DNA from: Microcoleaceae cyanobacterium
GTDB taxonomy: Bacteria > Cyanobacteriota > Cyanobacteriia > Cyanobacteriales > Microcoleaceae
Direction: 5' to 3'
NCBI GenBank assembly: GCA_051652765.1
Contig: JBOFUV010000114.1
Span: forward strand, 1-19,211
Length of the DNA: 19,211 nucleotides
The position numbers and the translations under genes are program-made. Below are positions 15,911-19,211 of this stretch, one piece after another; position 1 is the first letter of the stretch, and the number at the start of each line of letters is the position of its first letter. Under the pieces are notes generated by a model that made no database searches, was not told where the DNA came from, and worked only from the letters and a program-made list of their open reading frames with translations.

Positions 15911-17716
15911 CTACGAGAAGATGTTGACCAGGCCCGCATCGAAGACATTCCCAAAGTCTTCAAAGGGTGCACTAGCAACAATCTCAGATGAGCCAGAACC
16001 ATTGAAGTTGCCAATCGCTACGGCTGTACCAAATCGATCACCAGCTTCGGCAATTCCTGCAACTCCAGAGAATCCCTGTTGGAAAAGTCGCACATTGGAG
16101 GAGGACGCACCACTTGCAGATCCAAAAGTTAAATGCACGGTTCCCACGTCATTGGTTGCGCCATTGTTAGAACCGGGAGCACCAATAATAATGTCTGCAA
16201 AGTTATCAGTATTGATCTGTTGAGCATCAATGCTAGCCCCGAACTGATCACCTGCCTGAGATAAACCCCCGAGCAGGTTACTCTTAGTAAGAATTTGGGG
16301 GTTATTGCTGGGGAAATTTTGGCCCTGGCGACCGAAGTAAACGTACCCTTGGCCAGTGGAGCTGTTGCTTCCTGGTGCACCAATAATCACATCATCCACC
16401 AGATCGCCATTAACATCAGCAACGTCGAGGGATTCTCCAAACCGATCCCCAGTCTTATCACTCACCCCGGCAAAGGACTGACCAATGAGGGTGTTGTTAG
16501 TTGTAGTGAGTCCGGTGGTGGAACCATAAAGCACATGAAACGCGCCTGAGAATGAGGCATTAGTATCAGGTGCACCGGGCGCACCAATCACCAAGTCGTC
16601 AAATCCATCCCTGTTGATATCCCCAGCAGCTAGAGCTTGGGCAAATTGAGTCGCGGGTGCTTCATTGCTGCCGAGAACACCAGGTGTGTCACGATGAAAT
16701 ACCTGCAGTCCACGGGTGGTAATTCCAGAAGACGAACCATAGTTAATTTGAACTGCCCCATCATTGTTTAGAGCGAGCGGATCTCCTGTCGCGACATCAT
16801 CTTTACCATCGCCATTGAAATCTCCAGTTGTCAGAGACGCACCAAAAATTACTGATCCAGGGAAGGAAGAGGACTTGACAATGGGCTGTTGTGCTCCCGT
16901 TAACCCACTATTTTTAACACCAAGCTTTACTGTTGCGCCAGCGCCACTTGTCCCTAAAACCAGATCCTCCACCCCATCTCCATTGATGTCACCCACGGCA
17001 AAGGTTTGACCATTGTTGACCAGATTGCTGGAGTTAAAGGTTTGGATGCCAGATTGACTTAAGCCACTACTCGAACCAAAGGAAACATGGGTCAATCCTT
17101 CATTTGGAGATCCGACTACCAGATCATCTCGACCATCGTCATTAAAATCTCCAGTGACTAGTCGGCGAGCGCTGAAGAAGCCACCGCCAAGCAGATCATT
17201 GGACTCTGGTGCATCTTGTACAAAGGCGCTCTGGATGAAAACAGAGTTTGCAGCTTCAGGGCCAGCAACGCCACTGACCACAACAGTGATTTCCCCTTTG
17301 TCGTTGTCCCCCGCACCCCGCAAGGTAATCGGTTGATTCACGAATCCCAGGCGTTGACTAGAGCCACTTTCAGTACTGATCACCTCCCCCGTTTGCACAT
17401 TGAGAAAGAAATTCAGGTCTTTTTTGCCTGAAAGCGGGTTGATATCAACCCGGGTATCAGGCCCTGTATCCTCTTCAATAATTTCAATTTTGAGCGGAAC
17501 AATTCCACCTAATTGACTGGAAGTATTGGTAAACGTCCAGGCTGTTCCTGGATTCAGGTCATCGTCTCCCTCAAACTTTTTACCTGGAAATACTTTTCCA
17601 TCAATCGTGACCGTTGAGCGAAAATCAGCTTCCCCAGTAAAGCTTCCGTCAAGATTATCTACTGTCTTCATCCGGGTAATCGATACGGTAACAGGCTCAT
17701 CAATAAACTGTGTCAT
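15911..17716 (-). CDS. FG-GAP (integrin-alpha beta-propeller) repeat protein with an N-terminal C2-like beta domain
   Basis: About seven repeats such as GDFNDDGRDDLVVGSP, GDINRDGFDDLVIGAP and DVNGDLVDDVIIGAP. Start moved to ATG 17716 (MTQFIDEP), which has an AGGAGA RBS. Confidence 0.85.
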   Translation of the reverse strand: MTQFIDEPVTVSITRMKTVDNLDGSFTGEADFRSTVTIDGKVFPGKKFEGDDDLNPGTAWTFTNTSSQLGGIVPLKIEIIEEDTGPDTRVDINPLSGKKDLNFFLNVQTGEVISTESGSSQRLGFVNQPITLRGAGDNDKGEITVVVSGVAGPEAANSVFIQSAFVQDAPESNDLLGGGFFSARRLVTGDFNDDGRDDLVVGSPNEGLTHVSFGSSSGLSQSGIQTFNSSNLVNNGQTFAVGDINGDGVEDLVLGTSGAGATVKLGVKNSGLTGAQQPIVKSSSFPGSVIFGASLTTGDFNGDGKDDVATGDPLALNNDGAVQINYGSSSGITTRGLQVFHRDTPGVLGSNEAPATQFAQALAAGDINRDGFDDLVIGAPGAPDTNASFSGAFHVLYGSTTGLTTTNNTLIGQSFAGVSDKTGDRFGESLDVADVNGDLVDDVIIGAPGSNSSTGQGYVYFGRQGQNFPSNNPQILTKSNLLGGLSQAGDQFGASIDAQQINTDNFADIIIGAPGSNNGATNDVGTVHLTFGSASGASSSNVRLFQQGFSGVAGIAEAGDRFGTAVAIGNFNGSGSSEIVASAPFEDFGNVFDAGLVNIFS

Positions 17717-18058
17717 GGGAGTATTCTCCTGGAGTGTTAGGTAGTGATTGAGTTGGGATTGCATCCCGCTCACATTTCCAACACTAATGGCAAATTTTGT
17801 AATTGTCGTTACATAAAATCTCATCACTTTAGAGATATCGAATTACATATAACTCTCACTGGCATTTATGAGAAAGCTCTTAATTTCCTTGAAAACGAGT
17901 CAAGATCGTGAAATCAACTCTTTTCTTGAAGGCGTTAATTGCTCTTTCAAGGCATTCTGGAATGAATAGACTTTTTCGTAAACTGACAAACCTCATATAA
18001 TCTCAGGTGAGGTTCATTAAGCTGCATTTCCTCCTGTTTCCACCCCTACTGACCCAGC

Positions 18059-19211
18059 ATGAACTTTGAAACAGCTCTCCAAATTGTCAGTGATGCAATG
18101 TTTGTGCAGTTCGGCAGGCGACTGCATGATGTGGAGATGCTTCTGTTCAAGGGAGCTTGGGACGGACAAACCTACGAAGTCATTGCTGAAATATCTGGTT
18201 ATTCTCCTAGCTACCTCACCCGAATTGCAGGGCCAAAGTTCTGGCAAAATCTGAGTCAAGCATTAGCAGAAAAGGTTGGTAAAACTAGCTTTCGAGCTGT
18301 TCTTGAGCAACAACATATTCGGTCAGTCAACACGCCATTGCTTAATGAACAGCCATTAAGTTTGTCAGGTTCATCCTCTGTCTCGTCCGCGTCTAAAACA
18401 CAAGAACCTCCCTGCATCGATTGGGGAGAAGCGCCTGATGTCACTACATTTTACGGACGACAGGCTGAATTGGATACCTTACAACAATGGGTAGTGAATG
18501 TTCGCTGTCGATTGAGCGCAGTCCTGGGCATGGGAGGTATTGGGAAAACTTCCCTAACCGCAAAGTTTGTGGAAACTCTGGTAGAGCAGTCTGATTGCCC
18601 CTTTAACCATATCATTTGGAGAACCCTCCGCAATGCCCCTTCAGTACAAGAACTTCTAACAGATTTAGTCCCATTTTTATCCGACCAACGGGACACCGAC
18701 ATAACCCGTAAACGTTTACTGCACTGGCTACAGCAGTCTCAGTGTTTGTTGATCCTCGACAACCTGGAGACAATTCTCCAAGGAGGGGATCGGACTGGTT
18801 ATTTCCGTTCAGGCTATGAAGACTATGGGGAACTATTGCAGCTTGTCGCTGAAACCCGCCATCAAAGCTGTGTAGTGCTGACCAGCCGAGAAAAACCTGC
18901 TGTTGTCGGGGTATTAGAAGGAATTGATAATCCGGTGCGATCACTGCGACTCAGCGGATCGCCAGAAGCAGCCCTGTCTTTGATCAATACCAAAGGATTA
19001 CTGGGGACAGAGGAGGAAAAGTATGAATTGGGCGATCGCTACAACAATAGTCCTCTAGCATTAAAGATTGTTGCGACTTCAATTCAAAGTCTATTTGACG
19101 GGAAAATTTCGTTATTTTTAGCAGAGGACACATTGGTCTTCAATGGCCTTCAACGCTTGCTAAATCAACAGTTTGAACGGCTATCTGAGCTAGAGAAAAC
19201 GGTCATGTATT
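18059..19211 (+). CDS. HTH-NB-ARC (STAND NTPase) protein; 3' end runs off the window
   Basis: Not in the ORF track. MNFETALQIV...FKGAWDGQTYEVIAEISGYSPSYL...GPKFWQNLSQALAEKVGKTSF is a cyanobacterial N-terminal HTH. It is followed by DWGEAPDV..FYGR, Walker A GMGGIGKT, Walker B CLLILDNLE, VLTSRE and NSPLALKI. Confidence 0.92.
   Translation, partial: MNFETALQIVSDAMFVQFGRRLHDVEMLLFKGAWDGQTYEVIAEISGYSPSYLTRIAGPKFWQNLSQALAEKVGKTSFRAVLEQQHIRSVNTPLLNEQPLSLSGSSSVSSASKTQEPPCIDWGEAPDVTTFYGRQAELDTLQQWVVNVRCRLSAVLGMGGIGKTSLTAKFVETLVEQSDCPFNHIIWRTLRNAPSVQELLTDLVPFLSDQRDTDITRKRLLHWLQQSQCLLILDNLETILQGGDRTGYFRSGYEDYGELLQLVAETRHQSCVVLTSREKPAVVGVLEGIDNPVRSLRLSGSPEAALSLINTKGLLGTEEEKYELGDRYNNSPLALKIVATSIQSLFDGKISLFLAEDTLVFNGLQRLLNQQFERLSELEKTVMY

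Noticed and set aside
18017..18944. Several short ORF-track ORFs in this interval
   Set aside because: They are antisense or off-frame shadows of the NB-ARC gene starting at 18059.

Overview
Cyanobacterial chromosomal window, judged from at least 12 HIP1 GCGATCGC octamers and cyanobacterial-type sqdX, cyaB1, glbN and perR/prx. The left ~5.3 kb is an integron-type gene-cassette array on the minus strand. Short genes (GFA, Uma2+YciI, GlbN globin, MazF-like toxin-antitoxin pair, GNAT with divergent TetR, transglutaminase-like) are separated by palindromic attC-like sites, three of them intact at 87-88 bp. The sequence after each R' core matches the R'' core at the far end of the same cassette, which is what site-specific cassette insertion produces. 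No integrase is present where attI/intI would be expected; the array instead sits directly downstream of a co-oriented miaB-lipoprotein-GNAT run (a CALIN-like array). The rest is core-like: miaB, a small membrane ORF missing from the ORF track, polysaccharide deacetylase, CyaB1-type adenylate cyclase, sqdX, an SDR, the perR/type II peroxiredoxin divergon with a PerR box, and an FG-GAP repeat protein divergent from a truncated HTH-NB-ARC (STAND) gene. All family calls come from motif recognition, not database searches.
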